A stretch of DNA of 64,000 nucleotides, from positions 1 through 64,000 of the IMG/VR virus record IMGVR_UViG_3300006735_000023; one strand, given 5' to 3'. The translations under genes were made by a program, and so were the position numbers. The stretch is from a virus. The notes beneath the pieces are model-generated. The model worked only from the letters and a program-made list of their open reading frames with translations, did not search any database and was not told the origin of the DNA. Below, piece after piece: positions 30,533 to 41,615 of the stretch (position 1 is the stretch's first letter; each line of letters starts with the position of its first letter).

Positions 30533-33500
30533 ATGGGAATGGATAGAAAAAAAATAATAAGAACAGAAGATCGTAAAGCTGACGCTATAGGAATAGGATA
30601 TAATGTTAATGTTACCACTAATAACAGTAATAAACCTTTACCTACTGGTGAAGTTATAAAAGTAGTTGGTGCGGAAGAACAATTTCAAAAAGAAAGAAAA
30701 GAATCCACCAATTATAGATTAACAGCAACGATAAATACCACTATGTATTATCCACAGGATTATCATTGGATAGGAACATGGAATAGTTCATATGAATTAC
30801 AAGAAGATGTTGATGAAACCTTTGAAACAGATATCTTCAAAGACTGGAACTACCTTTTACCTAATATTCTTAGTCCAGACTCAATTAATCCTACAGAAGA
30901 AGATTTTAGAATTGATAAAATAATTAATTGGGTAGGACATGTTGTTTATCCATATGAAAATGACTATCTTAAATTATATGAATTACCCTCATTTAGTGTT
31001 AATGTTGATTTCTTACCAAGTAATGAAGACGGAGTTTTAAGTATAGACACTGGTATAACTAATATACTATATAATGACATTCTTATTTATTTAGATGAAT
31101 ATGTAACAATATGGCCTGGTGTTAATGTGGGTAACACACCAATAGAAAACTATTTTGACCCATCTAAACCAGTAATCGCTCCTTTAATGACAGATGCGTC
31201 AACAACACTAAAGATTTCAAATAAAGAAATTAAGGGATATACCCAAGACGGAGTGCCATTTTTATTTACAGTACCAGTACCAACAGAAAATGGTTGGAAA
31301 ACAGCATTATATGTTCCATTCAAACATAATTTTGAGGAAGGGGATTATATATTTATAAAACCTATAGCTTCTGATGAAGTTGGAGACGAATATAGTAATT
31401 GTGACCCTACACTTTATGGTTTCAAAAGAGTATTGGAAACTTCCTGGCGTGCTTTAAGTGAAGCCACTTCCCTTAATTATATAATAATTGACCATAAAAC
31501 AGAATATCATTGGGATTGGACAACTCTAGTACAAGGGGAAAATACAGAGGGAGAAGATTATCCTTGGACAGTAACTTCTTCACAAGGATTTATTAAAAGA
31601 GTCGTCAATTATTCAGACTCTAGTACATTACCAATTACTATTGAAGACTTAAATAACGGACATTTTTCCCCATCCGTAAATGACCCACTAAATGCAATAA
31701 CGGTAACTCTATTAGTACCACATAACTTAAAGGTAAATGATTTTACTTTAATTACTGTTTCAGAAGATGCTTTAGGAACAGACTTTAATAATGATAAAAA
31801 ACCAACCCTTTTTAATTTAAGTGGGATATACACAGTAATAGATGTGTTAGACAACTATTCATTTGATATAAGGGCCAAGTCACAACAAGACTTAATTGCT
31901 TTTTTTAATGGAGCTTATACCGATTCACAATTAGTAGCAAGTCCAACCAATTATTATATAGAATGTTATAAGTTATTAAGTGTTCCCTCTGAATATTATT
32001 TACGAAAAGGTAAAATTATTAATTCTATAAATAATTTTGATGTGAGCGACTTACCGATGAGTAATAGTATTTTTATGGATAAAAATTATAATGCTGTTAT
32101 AGACGAAGATATAAACACAAAAGGTTTAGTAGATAATTGGGGATTACCAATTACACAGTTATATGTTTTATTAACAAAAAGAGCGGGTCAACTACCTTAC
32201 GACTTTACGGATGTTGAGACTTTTTTTAGTTGGAAATTTAATTATAGAGTTTTATTGTCTAAAACAGGTGATGGTTTAGATGTAGTTTCTAGAAGAAGTA
32301 ATACTGATAACAGAGGAGGGTATGTAAAAGATTCGGGTGGTGGATACATGGATGAATTTGATGAATATTTAGGTGACTGGTACTATATAGATTTTAGTGA
32401 ATTTAATAATAATCTTTTATTAGAAAAACAAGTAACCACATTATCAAATCGATTTAATGGGGCGCAACGTGAATGTGGTGGATTGGGAGATTGTAACTAT
32501 GAGGTATATGCTAATGATTTTGATGGAATTATGTATAACGCTTGGTCAATCTATACAAGTTATAATACTAGTAATTTAACGGTTTCACAAGTTGCAGGTA
32601 AGGCAAAATTAGTTTCAACCACTTCTTGGGTTTCACCTAATGCTCAAGCTAACTACGGAGGTAATTACATTAGAACAACATTTATGGTTACTCCGGATCT
32701 AGTAGGTGAAACACTGGTCTTAAAAGTTAATTATGAACAAGAATCATCAACAGGAATGATAAGAATATTTAACCCAGGAGGTAATCAAATGATATTAGGT
32801 AATGGGTCTTATGGAAAACCGGTTGGTAACGCGGCTAATTTAACCGTACCTTCAACAAACTCTGCTAATGATTATACAGTTTCTTTTATACCTACAGTAG
32901 TTGGAAATCATACAATTGCTTTAGGTTTAATGAATTATGTGGGCGGTTTAGTTGGTTACGGTGACTTTATTGGGTATTATGATAATTTAGAAATAATAAA
33001 ATATTATGGTACTCCACAATATGCTGGTTGGGTTTACGATCCTCTAACAGAATATCAATTACAAGTGTGGTCTAGTTATATAGAAACGGCAGACCCTAAT
33101 GTATTGGGGATACCTTATTGGGCTAAATACATTGATGGGTTGTATTTTTGGAGAGATTTATTAAGTGTTGGTTATTTTGAGGATGTTGACCAAACAATTG
33201 GAGTGGATTATCCATTTTTGAATGGAAGTCATTATATAAATAAAGATAAAAATTTAATGGTTTCTTTAAGCCCTTATAAGTTAAACGAGTCTGGTACATC
33301 ACAAATTATATTCGGATGTATGGATATTAACGCAACAAATTACAATACTGTGGCAACTTATGCTTGTGGAAATATTGTGGACCAAGGGGGACCTTGTGTT
33401 GTAGATGCTTTAGGAATTTTACAAACTGATACACCAGGAGTAGGGAATTATAACGCAAATGGGTGTTGTTGTCAATATGATGGAGGTAACGCTGTTGTTA

Positions 33501-35719
33501 ATGTTTTAACTGAAGGGGATAAATTTGTGGCACGTACAAAAAAAATACAGAATAGTTATAATAATGTTTCAGGGCCAACTCCAGCATATGATGTTGGTGA
33601 CCAAATGATAGGGTGGAATATTTGTAGAGGTATTTATCCTTTTTGGAAAGACGCAACCTATTGGGGTACTGGTTTTGCCGATTATATTCCTTCAGAAACT
33701 TATCCTACCGTTAAATTACCTACATTAACAAAACTTGCGGGAGTTATGGTAGGGGAGGACAATCCAGCATTTAATGTATCTATAATTAATGGTAGTGCTA
33801 CCTATGATGTATTTAGATATGAGAATTACACAGCCGACCCAAACTTTAGTTATCTCTATGGAGATTTAGGAGATGGGACAGGATCACCACTATTTACTGC
33901 AGAAACAGGGAGATACCAAGAGTTATTTGATTTAGGTCAAGGAAGTTATGGGTTAGCAGACGTACCACCCTCAGGAAATTGGACAACACAATACGATAAT
34001 GGATTATCCACTTGGAATACTACCATAACTGATACAAATGGAGACTCTATTTCACCAGAATACTTTTCTCATAATTTATTTGAATTTTATAAGTTCGATA
34101 CCAGTCAGTGTAAAACATGTTTTAATCAAGGATCAACACTTTCTACAGGTGACTATTTGGCACCTAGACATGGATGGCCAGTTGATGTAAACTCAGACAA
34201 TATCCCAACAGCAACCGATATAAACGGAAACGGAATACCACATTTTCAAACATTACCCTTACCAGGTAATCAAATTGCGAGATCAACAGGAACTGGTAGT
34301 GATTTAGAAGGTTACGCCGGGATAGTTTCAAATACAGTAGTTGGTTCTGAAACAGTAAATATTGCGGCACATAGAATACCTTCCGATCCTAATAACTGGA
34401 GAATGTTTTATGGTACATGTGTATCTACTTGGGCGTGTATGGTGGATGCAGAAAAAGGAATATGGCCTACAGGTAGTTCCTATCCGACTTGTGCAGACCC
34501 TTCTTGTACAAATGAGGCAGATTGTATAAGTCCATTGGGCTGTAATTCAACATGGGGACCATTACCAACACAAACTTGGACAACTGACGAATTAATTAAT
34601 AATTGTAAAGGTGGTACAAATTGTCAAAGACAATGTAGTTGTGTAAATCCGGCGGGTGGTTCACTTTTTGAAAATTATTATGGTACTTCTTCTTCGGCTA
34701 TAGGAGGACCGATATTGCCTTTAGAACAACCTACACAATTTTTTCCTAACGTACCCCCTAATATGGTTAATAATTATGAATTTAGAGGAAGAGTTAATAT
34801 TGAAATGGGTATTAATTACGATGGTTATGAAAAATATTATAATGCTGGTTCTTTAGACCAGGGATGGGCAGTTGCGGGACCAAATACTGGGGGCCCACCC
34901 ATCACATATAATAACCCTTGGATGGATTTAGGTTTTTCTTGTGCAGACCCCACATGTTTAACAGAGGCAGACTGTGTAGGGACTGGTGCTGGACAATGTA
35001 GTTCTACATGGTCAGCAACCTTACCAAGTACAACAACTTCAAGTATTTCACAAACTTTAGCAGCTTCTATGGCTGTTACAGATGGATATAAAAAATACAC
35101 AAGACTTTACTCCGGATTTTGGATTGGTATTGTTTCTGAAAAATGTGGTGTGGCGGGTCCTGGAAGTGGAACTGAAAAATGTACCTATATTTATGACCCA
35201 GATGATGGTACTGAAGGCGGTGGTGCGGGAGCCCCAATATACCAATCAGATGGATGGGGAGGTGCATTTACAAATGTTAAATGGAATCACGGATGTGGTG
35301 GATGGAAAATGGATGGAATTACTGAAGCAGTTAATAAAATGGCATATTCACCTTGTAGAGACAATAGTAATGGTTACGCTGATTGTAATGTTGGAGACCC
35401 AACAGCAACAAATTATGATGTTATCAATTACCAAAGTCCTACATATCTACCTAGTTGTGGTGAAAATGGATCAACATCTTCCAAATCAGATTTCCAAAAA
35501 ATATGGTCACAAAGTTTTAAGTCAGAATCCATTCCAATGCATGAAGGAGATAAGGCATTTATATTTATTCGTTCTGTAGGTGGGGCACTTAGACCGAATA
35601 ACAGCGCAGTCGATGCTTATGGTTCACAAAATGTAACAATAAACGGTTCATCAGTTCAGGTAGAAACTTACCTACCTACTTATTGGGGAGCGAGACTAAT
35701 TAATAGTGAAGTAGCTTAA
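30533..35719 (+). CDS. Large mosaic structural protein (1728 aa) with Cys modules
   Basis: Acidic, aromatic and Gly/Cys-rich; H....GD beta-barrel-like repeats, CBM-like segment, GCMD and two CADP modules. Confidence 0.6.
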   Translation: MGMDRKKIIRTEDRKADAIGIGYNVNVTTNNSNKPLPTGEVIKVVGAEEQFQKERKESTNYRLTATINTTMYYPQDYHWIGTWNSSYELQEDVDETFETDIFKDWNYLLPNILSPDSINPTEEDFRIDKIINWVGHVVYPYENDYLKLYELPSFSVNVDFLPSNEDGVLSIDTGITNILYNDILIYLDEYVTIWPGVNVGNTPIENYFDPSKPVIAPLMTDASTTLKISNKEIKGYTQDGVPFLFTVPVPTENGWKTALYVPFKHNFEEGDYIFIKPIASDEVGDEYSNCDPTLYGFKRVLETSWRALSEATSLNYIIIDHKTEYHWDWTTLVQGENTEGEDYPWTVTSSQGFIKRVVNYSDSSTLPITIEDLNNGHFSPSVNDPLNAITVTLLVPHNLKVNDFTLITVSEDALGTDFNNDKKPTLFNLSGIYTVIDVLDNYSFDIRAKSQQDLIAFFNGAYTDSQLVASPTNYYIECYKLLSVPSEYYLRKGKIINSINNFDVSDLPMSNSIFMDKNYNAVIDEDINTKGLVDNWGLPITQLYVLLTKRAGQLPYDFTDVETFFSWKFNYRVLLSKTGDGLDVVSRRSNTDNRGGYVKDSGGGYMDEFDEYLGDWYYIDFSEFNNNLLLEKQVTTLSNRFNGAQRECGGLGDCNYEVYANDFDGIMYNAWSIYTSYNTSNLTVSQVAGKAKLVSTTSWVSPNAQANYGGNYIRTTFMVTPDLVGETLVLKVNYEQESSTGMIRIFNPGGNQMILGNGSYGKPVGNAANLTVPSTNSANDYTVSFIPTVVGNHTIALGLMNYVGGLVGYGDFIGYYDNLEIIKYYGTPQYAGWVYDPLTEYQLQVWSSYIETADPNVLGIPYWAKYIDGLYFWRDLLSVGYFEDVDQTIGVDYPFLNGSHYINKDKNLMVSLSPYKLNESGTSQIIFGCMDINATNYNTVATYACGNIVDQGGPCVVDALGILQTDTPGVGNYNANGCCCQYDGGNAVVNVLTEGDKFVARTKKIQNSYNNVSGPTPAYDVGDQMIGWNICRGIYPFWKDATYWGTGFADYIPSETYPTVKLPTLTKLAGVMVGEDNPAFNVSIINGSATYDVFRYENYTADPNFSYLYGDLGDGTGSPLFTAETGRYQELFDLGQGSYGLADVPPSGNWTTQYDNGLSTWNTTITDTNGDSISPEYFSHNLFEFYKFDTSQCKTCFNQGSTLSTGDYLAPRHGWPVDVNSDNIPTATDINGNGIPHFQTLPLPGNQIARSTGTGSDLEGYAGIVSNTVVGSETVNIAAHRIPSDPNNWRMFYGTCVSTWACMVDAEKGIWPTGSSYPTCADPSCTNEADCISPLGCNSTWGPLPTQTWTTDELINNCKGGTNCQRQCSCVNPAGGSLFENYYGTSSSAIGGPILPLEQPTQFFPNVPPNMVNNYEFRGRVNIEMGINYDGYEKYYNAGSLDQGWAVAGPNTGGPPITYNNPWMDLGFSCADPTCLTEADCVGTGAGQCSSTWSATLPSTTTSSISQTLAASMAVTDGYKKYTRLYSGFWIGIVSEKCGVAGPGSGTEKCTYIYDPDDGTEGGGAGAPIYQSDGWGGAFTNVKWNHGCGGWKMDGITEAVNKMAYSPCRDNSNGYADCNVGDPTATNYDVINYQSPTYLPSCGENGSTSSKSDFQKIWSQSFKSESIPMHEGDKAFIFIRSVGGALRPNNSAVDAYGSQNVTINGSSVQVETYLPTYWGARLINSEVA

Positions 35720-35720
35720 T

Positions 35721-36572
35721 ATGGAAGAAAATAACAAATATTATTTCACACCTTCTCCAACACAAAGAGAGATTATAGTCCCAATTACAGAAGACATCTT
35801 TCCGGTTGATAATACAGAATTGGTGGATAAAAGAGCCGACCAAAAAGCACAATTAGCAATAAATAATATAGATGATTGGGAAAAATCAAGATATAAATTA
35901 GCTTGTAACTCTACACAACAAAATGAAAATAGTTGTTTTGATATCTATTTACATTTTTTTAAGTTTTCACCACCAGCAGGACAAACAATAAATTGGGTTG
36001 ATGCAGAAATGTTTACTGAACAAGATATATATCTAAAAACAAACAGATTTGTTGGTAGTTTTATAAGAATATCATACTATACTACACCACATAGAGAAAC
36101 ACAAAAACTAATAGGGTATAGTAGTTTACAACTAGAGGAAACACCAATATCAAAAATATCCATTTGTCCAAATCAACCAGGTAGTTTTTTATATCATTGG
36201 AAATCAAAGAAAAAATTAAATATTACAAATAATAAATTATATATGAAAGTTGAATTTTTTAATTCGGCTAATGGTAAAGTTTATGTTTTGGGTAGTGCAT
36301 TACCTGTATGGTCATATGCCCCAGAATATTATATCGATTTTTGGAATGAAGAAATGGATTACACAGTAATTTCCTTAAATGACAATACAAGAACTTTTAC
36401 ACCACAACCTCAAACTTGGGATTTTGAGGCAATGGATTGGTACATGGAGTTTTTGGCTGGAAATAATCCAGTCGCAGAAAACTTTGTAAAGATTAGAAAT
36501 TACGATGTGGGATGTGAGATGGATTTGTATTATAAAGAATTAATAACATGTCCAGCTCCGTTCTGTACTTAA
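35721..36572 (+). CDS. Hypothetical structural protein (283 aa)
   Basis: In structural operon; F..SFIRISYY.TP....Q.L and LYMKVEFFNSANG segments. Confidence 0.6.
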   Translation: MEENNKYYFTPSPTQREIIVPITEDIFPVDNTELVDKRADQKAQLAINNIDDWEKSRYKLACNSTQQNENSCFDIYLHFFKFSPPAGQTINWVDAEMFTEQDIYLKTNRFVGSFIRISYYTTPHRETQKLIGYSSLQLEETPISKISICPNQPGSFLYHWKSKKKLNITNNKLYMKVEFFNSANGKVYVLGSALPVWSYAPEYYIDFWNEEMDYTVISLNDNTRTFTPQPQTWDFEAMDWYMEFLAGNNPVAENFVKIRNYDVGCEMDLYYKELITCPAPFCT

Positions 36573-36585
36573 AAATAAAATAATT

Positions 36586-36846
36586 ATGGTAAACACAGGA
36601 ACAACAAAAAATTATCAAGTACCACCTTTCCCAAGGTTACAAGCGGCGAGAGTTTTAGAAATAGAACCACAACCTCAAGACGCTAAAATACCCGCTGATT
36701 ATTTTAGTGAGGGTGTAAGAATGAGTATAGAAAGAACAAGAAGGATAAGACCTAAATATTTAGGTAAAAATGAATTTGTAAAACAATATACAGGTGGTGT
36801 TATAAACGAATTACCAGATACACCAATAATTAGTGGAAGAACATAA
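36586..36846 (+). CDS. Hypothetical protein (86 aa)
   Basis: Fills the gap between neighbours; A-rich leader. Confidence 0.65.
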   Translation: MVNTGTTKNYQVPPFPRLQAARVLEIEPQPQDAKIPADYFSEGVRMSIERTRRIRPKYLGKNEFVKQYTGGVINELPDTPIISGRT

Positions 36847-36848
36847 AA

Positions 36849-39800
36849 ATGGAAAAGATAATTAGAAAAATATCAAGAGAAAATTTATTAGGTGATAAAC
36901 TTAATTTAACACCTCCTGCGTTAAATCCTGAACCATTATTTCTTAATAATATTAATCCGTATCAGTGCACAGATCCAGATATGTCTTTTGAAGATTGTGA
37001 AACTACAATACTCGATCCACTCTTTATTATGGATGGTATCGATGGAATGATAGCCCAAGAGTATACCAATTTTATTTCTAAAGTATTCATAGATAACTTC
37101 CAACTAGGGACTTTTAATTGGGAACATTTTAGTAGTGAGTTTACTACAGGGATGTATTGGGATACTACACCACCTTGGGTAGAAAGTGCTGGTGACTATA
37201 GTATGAGAATACAACTTACAGACGCTTTCCAACCAACAGGATTTGTTTATGTGGGAACAAAAGGAAAAACAGTACTTGAGGCAGGTGCTAATTATAGAGT
37301 TTCTTTTACTCTTAGTACCGATGTACAATACATTAAAGACCAAATAACAGCAAGTATAAGTTCTACTTCAGTAATGTTATGGATAGAGAATCCAGAGTCT
37401 AATCTATTCTCTCTCTTGACCTGGTCAACTTTAGAAACTCCAGTATTTCCAGAACGTGATATATTAACCACAACTTTTACAGCCCCTGATGGGGGTGCTT
37501 ACGACTTTACCTTTTGGTTATACACAGGATGGTCAGTTTTAGGTTCTCAGGCACAAACTGGAGATTTTTGGTTATTTGATGATATTACCATATCTCTAGA
37601 AGATACCCAGTCTACTGAAAATAGTTTTACTAGTGTAAAAAGAGATGTCTTCGGCTTTTTTAAGTCATTCAATATTGAAGCAACCGAATATAATTTAAGA
37701 TTATATGAAAATAATATAAATAATTACCTTTTTATTGAACCTTTAGATGTTGATGAATTGGCTCTTGGTGCATACGGCAATCAACAAATAGATGAAGATA
37801 CAGGATTACAAACAGGTGTCTATACTCTTTCATCTCCACCTGAAGGAGTGGTACCTTTTTACTATCTAAGTTATAATTTATATGGTGCTTTGGTAACTAA
37901 TGTACAGGGTACAACAACAACTAACGATGGGTTTTTATATTGCCAAGCTCCTGATTTAGGACCATGGGATCCTAATGAAACATATTCACTAGGAGATGTA
38001 GTAGAGGATAGTGACGGTAAGATATGGTATTGTTCAGACATACCACAAAATAGTTGTGACCTTGATCCTCTTGACCCATCTTGTAGTTTAGGACAATGTG
38101 GTTGGATATCATGTCTTAATATAGTTTCATATAAAACAAGAAATATAAACCTGACTTTTCCTTTATACCAAGACATTAAAGATATGGGTATTTATACAGA
38201 TTTAATTTATCCAGGAATTGCGGAAGAGTGTAGTGGGTCAACAGAAACTTTAACTAAAGATTATAAATGTCCAGTACCTTATTTTATTAGTGATGGAGGT
38301 GAAGTTATTTTTTATGACAATCAAACAACTAGTGAAGTAAGAGTAGAAAGAAAATGTTGTGAAGATTATAGTGAATATGGGTTTGTGTGGTTTGAAGGTA
38401 AGTGCTATAAAGATTACGGATTACCAGGGGTCGGAGTAGGACTAGAACTATTCAATTTTACATACCCAACTTTATTTATAGGAAGAGGTGATAACCAACA
38501 ACTATTTGATGATGGACCCGTCCAAGTTATGGATGAAATCAGCTTAAATACTAGTAATTTAGGTACTATACTTAATTACGTAGGGGGGAGAAACTTAATA
38601 TACACTCCATTAGTTAGTGGACTAATCAATGGGGAAAAATATGTTATGAAGGCTAACCTAATAATGGATTATTATGATAATTCTACTTTAGCTGTTATAA
38701 AGTTAAGTGCAACAGGACAACTAGACCCTAATTGGGGATATGTTTGGTATCAAAATTTTGATTTAGGTAGTTCAGATATTTTACCACCTGTTACAGAAGG
38801 TCCACCTTGTATTGGAGGTAATGTGACACAGACAGTGCAGTACCTTTCTGCAAACAATCCAAATGGAGTTTTATTTACAACCACAACCAACTGTAACTCC
38901 GCAAATATGTCTAAATATGTCCAATTAGACCAAGGAGTAGAATATAGAATTCGTTTTGGATATATAGGATTAACTAACGGAAGTTCACCAGTCAGTGTCG
39001 CTAATCAATTAGGTAATAATGATATGTTTTTTGAAATAGAAGATATTGCTAATTCTACCTCTATGTTATTTGATACTTTTGGAGGTCCAGGATTTTATGA
39101 TAAAGAGTATCTATTTACCCCAATAGCTAGTGGAACCTATGCACTACAAATCGGTGTAACCAACCCAATGCCACCAGGAAATGGTCCTTTCGGTGATTAT
39201 GGTTTTGGTTTAGATTATTGGGCTTTAGACGAAAGACCATTTAGTTACACACAAGAAGAAAATGTAATTGTAGATGCGGTAAAAACATGGTCTAGTAATT
39301 CTGGAGACGTTGCAGACGGTACAACATCTATTCAGTTAGAAAGTATATTTACCCTAACCAACGCGTCTAATTTAAGTTTAAGATTAGTTTGTGATGTAAA
39401 AGAAGCTATAATAACAAATCCTTTATCTTTTGGTTTAACTATATCTGACATAAGTCTTAAAAAATATACAACACCTAATTTTTTAGGTTGTGAAAAAACT
39501 AACTTTCTTAATGAAGTTTCCAAAAACCTAGTTCTTACCGGTCAAACCATGTTTGACCCAGACGGTAATCCAAATACTCTTAATAGTTATTTGGCTGATA
39601 TACAATTTGACCAAGGTCAAGAAATCATAACTACTTCAGTTCCGTATGTTACAACAGTTAGTAATACAGATACTAGAATTTTTCCAGCCGCTGGTGCAGA
39701 AACTAGTGCTTTATGTGAACCTTCACAACTTGTAGTAGGGTGGCATTGTGTTCCCGAATATCCTTACCTAACTGGAGGAGTGGTACAAGTAGGTAATCCA

Positions 39801-40625
39801 GTAGCGGCTTGTGTGGCTTCAACGGTTATAATACCAGGTGTTACAATGTATGCTTCGGCACAACAATGTCTAAATAATAGTACTTGTAATTGGACCGCAG
39901 GGTGTACAGACTCAATAGCATATAATTATAATGAAGACGCTAATACTCCGTGTGTAGACCAAACATTACCAGGATATCCATTAACTTCAGTTCACAATGT
40001 AGAGGGAGATTGTTGTATATACCCAATATTTGGTTGTATGAATCCTTCTTCCTTACAATATGACCCTTTAGCAAATGAAGAAACAGGACAATCTTCTTGG
40101 TATCTAGGACAACAAATATTTAATGAGTTCGGTATGTTTGGAACATGTTCTTTCCCTGCAGGATGTTCAGATCCTATGGCTGATAATTACTCTCAACCAT
40201 CGGGAGCCCCAGACTTTGGTTGTGCACCATCTCTTGGTGTAAACGGTAATGTTGTGACTTGTACAGATTGTTTAGGAAATCCACCTTCATCATTATTTGG
40301 ACATCCACTTTATCCAGAAGCTATTTTACCAGGTACTATGGGTGATGTAAGTTGCTGTGAATATGATACTAGTGGAGACTTAGTTGCGGGTTGTACAGAC
40401 TTTACTGCCGTAAACTATGATCCATTAGCCCAACTAGATGATGGTAGTTGTAGTTATAGCACAACATGGACTGTTTGGTGTTGCGACTTTTTTGTAGTAG
40501 GACCATGTTGTTATGATGTTACCGTTACTACACAAGTAACATATCAAAGTATGATAGATTCATTTATGTGTTTTGATGACCTTGCTGATTGTAATGGTGG
40601 AGCATTTACTCCGTGTAATTGTTAA
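36849..40625 (+). CDS. Putative glycan-binding virion protein (1258 aa): CBM-like domains and 4 GCTD repeats
   Basis: LEAGANYRVSF...FDDITI and LDQGVEYRIRF...LDYWAL jelly-roll patterns; WDPNETYSLGDVV...GKIWYC motif; Cys-rich C-terminus. Confidence 0.55.
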   Translation: MEKIIRKISRENLLGDKLNLTPPALNPEPLFLNNINPYQCTDPDMSFEDCETTILDPLFIMDGIDGMIAQEYTNFISKVFIDNFQLGTFNWEHFSSEFTTGMYWDTTPPWVESAGDYSMRIQLTDAFQPTGFVYVGTKGKTVLEAGANYRVSFTLSTDVQYIKDQITASISSTSVMLWIENPESNLFSLLTWSTLETPVFPERDILTTTFTAPDGGAYDFTFWLYTGWSVLGSQAQTGDFWLFDDITISLEDTQSTENSFTSVKRDVFGFFKSFNIEATEYNLRLYENNINNYLFIEPLDVDELALGAYGNQQIDEDTGLQTGVYTLSSPPEGVVPFYYLSYNLYGALVTNVQGTTTTNDGFLYCQAPDLGPWDPNETYSLGDVVEDSDGKIWYCSDIPQNSCDLDPLDPSCSLGQCGWISCLNIVSYKTRNINLTFPLYQDIKDMGIYTDLIYPGIAEECSGSTETLTKDYKCPVPYFISDGGEVIFYDNQTTSEVRVERKCCEDYSEYGFVWFEGKCYKDYGLPGVGVGLELFNFTYPTLFIGRGDNQQLFDDGPVQVMDEISLNTSNLGTILNYVGGRNLIYTPLVSGLINGEKYVMKANLIMDYYDNSTLAVIKLSATGQLDPNWGYVWYQNFDLGSSDILPPVTEGPPCIGGNVTQTVQYLSANNPNGVLFTTTTNCNSANMSKYVQLDQGVEYRIRFGYIGLTNGSSPVSVANQLGNNDMFFEIEDIANSTSMLFDTFGGPGFYDKEYLFTPIASGTYALQIGVTNPMPPGNGPFGDYGFGLDYWALDERPFSYTQEENVIVDAVKTWSSNSGDVADGTTSIQLESIFTLTNASNLSLRLVCDVKEAIITNPLSFGLTISDISLKKYTTPNFLGCEKTNFLNEVSKNLVLTGQTMFDPDGNPNTLNSYLADIQFDQGQEIITTSVPYVTTVSNTDTRIFPAAGAETSALCEPSQLVVGWHCVPEYPYLTGGVVQVGNPVAACVASTVIIPGVTMYASAQQCLNNSTCNWTAGCTDSIAYNYNEDANTPCVDQTLPGYPLTSVHNVEGDCCIYPIFGCMNPSSLQYDPLANEETGQSSWYLGQQIFNEFGMFGTCSFPAGCSDPMADNYSQPSGAPDFGCAPSLGVNGNVVTCTDCLGNPPSSLFGHPLYPEAILPGTMGDVSCCEYDTSGDLVAGCTDFTAVNYDPLAQLDDGSCSYSTTWTVWCCDFFVVGPCCYDVTVTTQVTYQSMIDSFMCFDDLADCNGGAFTPCNC

Positions 40626-40636
40626 AAAAATGAAAT

Positions 40637-41611
40637 ATGAAAATTGAAAAAAATAAAATAGGGTGTTTAGATAGTGAATCGTCAAATTACGATCCAACTT
40701 GTGGTATTGCTTGTGAAAGGTGTTGTATTAATGACGAGATGGATAAGGAGATTACTAAATTAATTAACCTTAAACGATATAGATATCAAGATGTTGAAAA
40801 TATAGATTACTCATTATATGCAGTAAAACATCTAGATAACCAACCTTTATTTAGGCTTAAAACTCAAGCAGAAGATTATGGATTACAAGTTGATTGTTTA
40901 GGGTACCATGTTCATAAAATTGATGAAATAAATTATTATATGGCTTGTAGTAGTCACGAAGAAGCAACAGAAGAAGCTGGGACCAAACCAACAGTCGAAG
41001 ATTTTATTGAAGAGGTGAATAACCAAGGAGTAATAGAATGGAAGAAGATGATTAATTATAAAAGACAAAGACAATACTGTGAAGAAAAACAAAAAGACGG
41101 ATATTTTTGGAATTTAAGAGAAAAGAAGTGTATGATAGAACCTCAAAAAAATGAAAGTTTAATCGGAAACTATCAAATACTTGGATATGTCGAAAATGTA
41201 CCAGTTTTTTACACATCTGGTGCGGCTTTATCATATGGACACTTAATAAAATGTGAAGGATATAATACATATAATATGAACGGGACTTTAGGTTATTTAC
41301 CGTGTAAAGAACAAAGAATTGCAACAACTAATAGAGGGGATGTATATTGTTTAGACGTACAGGAAAGAATAAATGAACAAATTCTATTTACCGCTTTGAG
41401 TCCAACAAATATAAAAACTTATGGTGAAATGTGTTGTATGGAGTGGAATCATAAGGGATATAATTGGAATGGTAGTGGGTGTATTAAAAACGAAAAACCT
41501 TTAACCTGGTCTTGCGTAGAAGAATTAACAACTCAAATCTATAATGGAACTGGAGAATATAAAACTTTTGAGGAATGTTATAATTCCTGTGAGGTAAATA
41601 AAATAAAATAA
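40637..41611 (+). CDS. Cys-module patchwork protein (324 aa), two DUF3721-like modules
   Basis: P[LV]F.....A..YG....C.GY........Y[ML].C occurs twice, plus GCLD, CC..GY.W...C and Y.T..EC...C modules. Confidence 0.6.
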   Translation: MKIEKNKIGCLDSESSNYDPTCGIACERCCINDEMDKEITKLINLKRYRYQDVENIDYSLYAVKHLDNQPLFRLKTQAEDYGLQVDCLGYHVHKIDEINYYMACSSHEEATEEAGTKPTVEDFIEEVNNQGVIEWKKMINYKRQRQYCEEKQKDGYFWNLREKKCMIEPQKNESLIGNYQILGYVENVPVFYTSGAALSYGHLIKCEGYNTYNMNGTLGYLPCKEQRIATTNRGDVYCLDVQERINEQILFTALSPTNIKTYGEMCCMEWNHKGYNWNGSGCIKNEKPLTWSCVEELTTQIYNGTGEYKTFEECYNSCEVNKIK

Positions 41612-41615
41612 TAAC

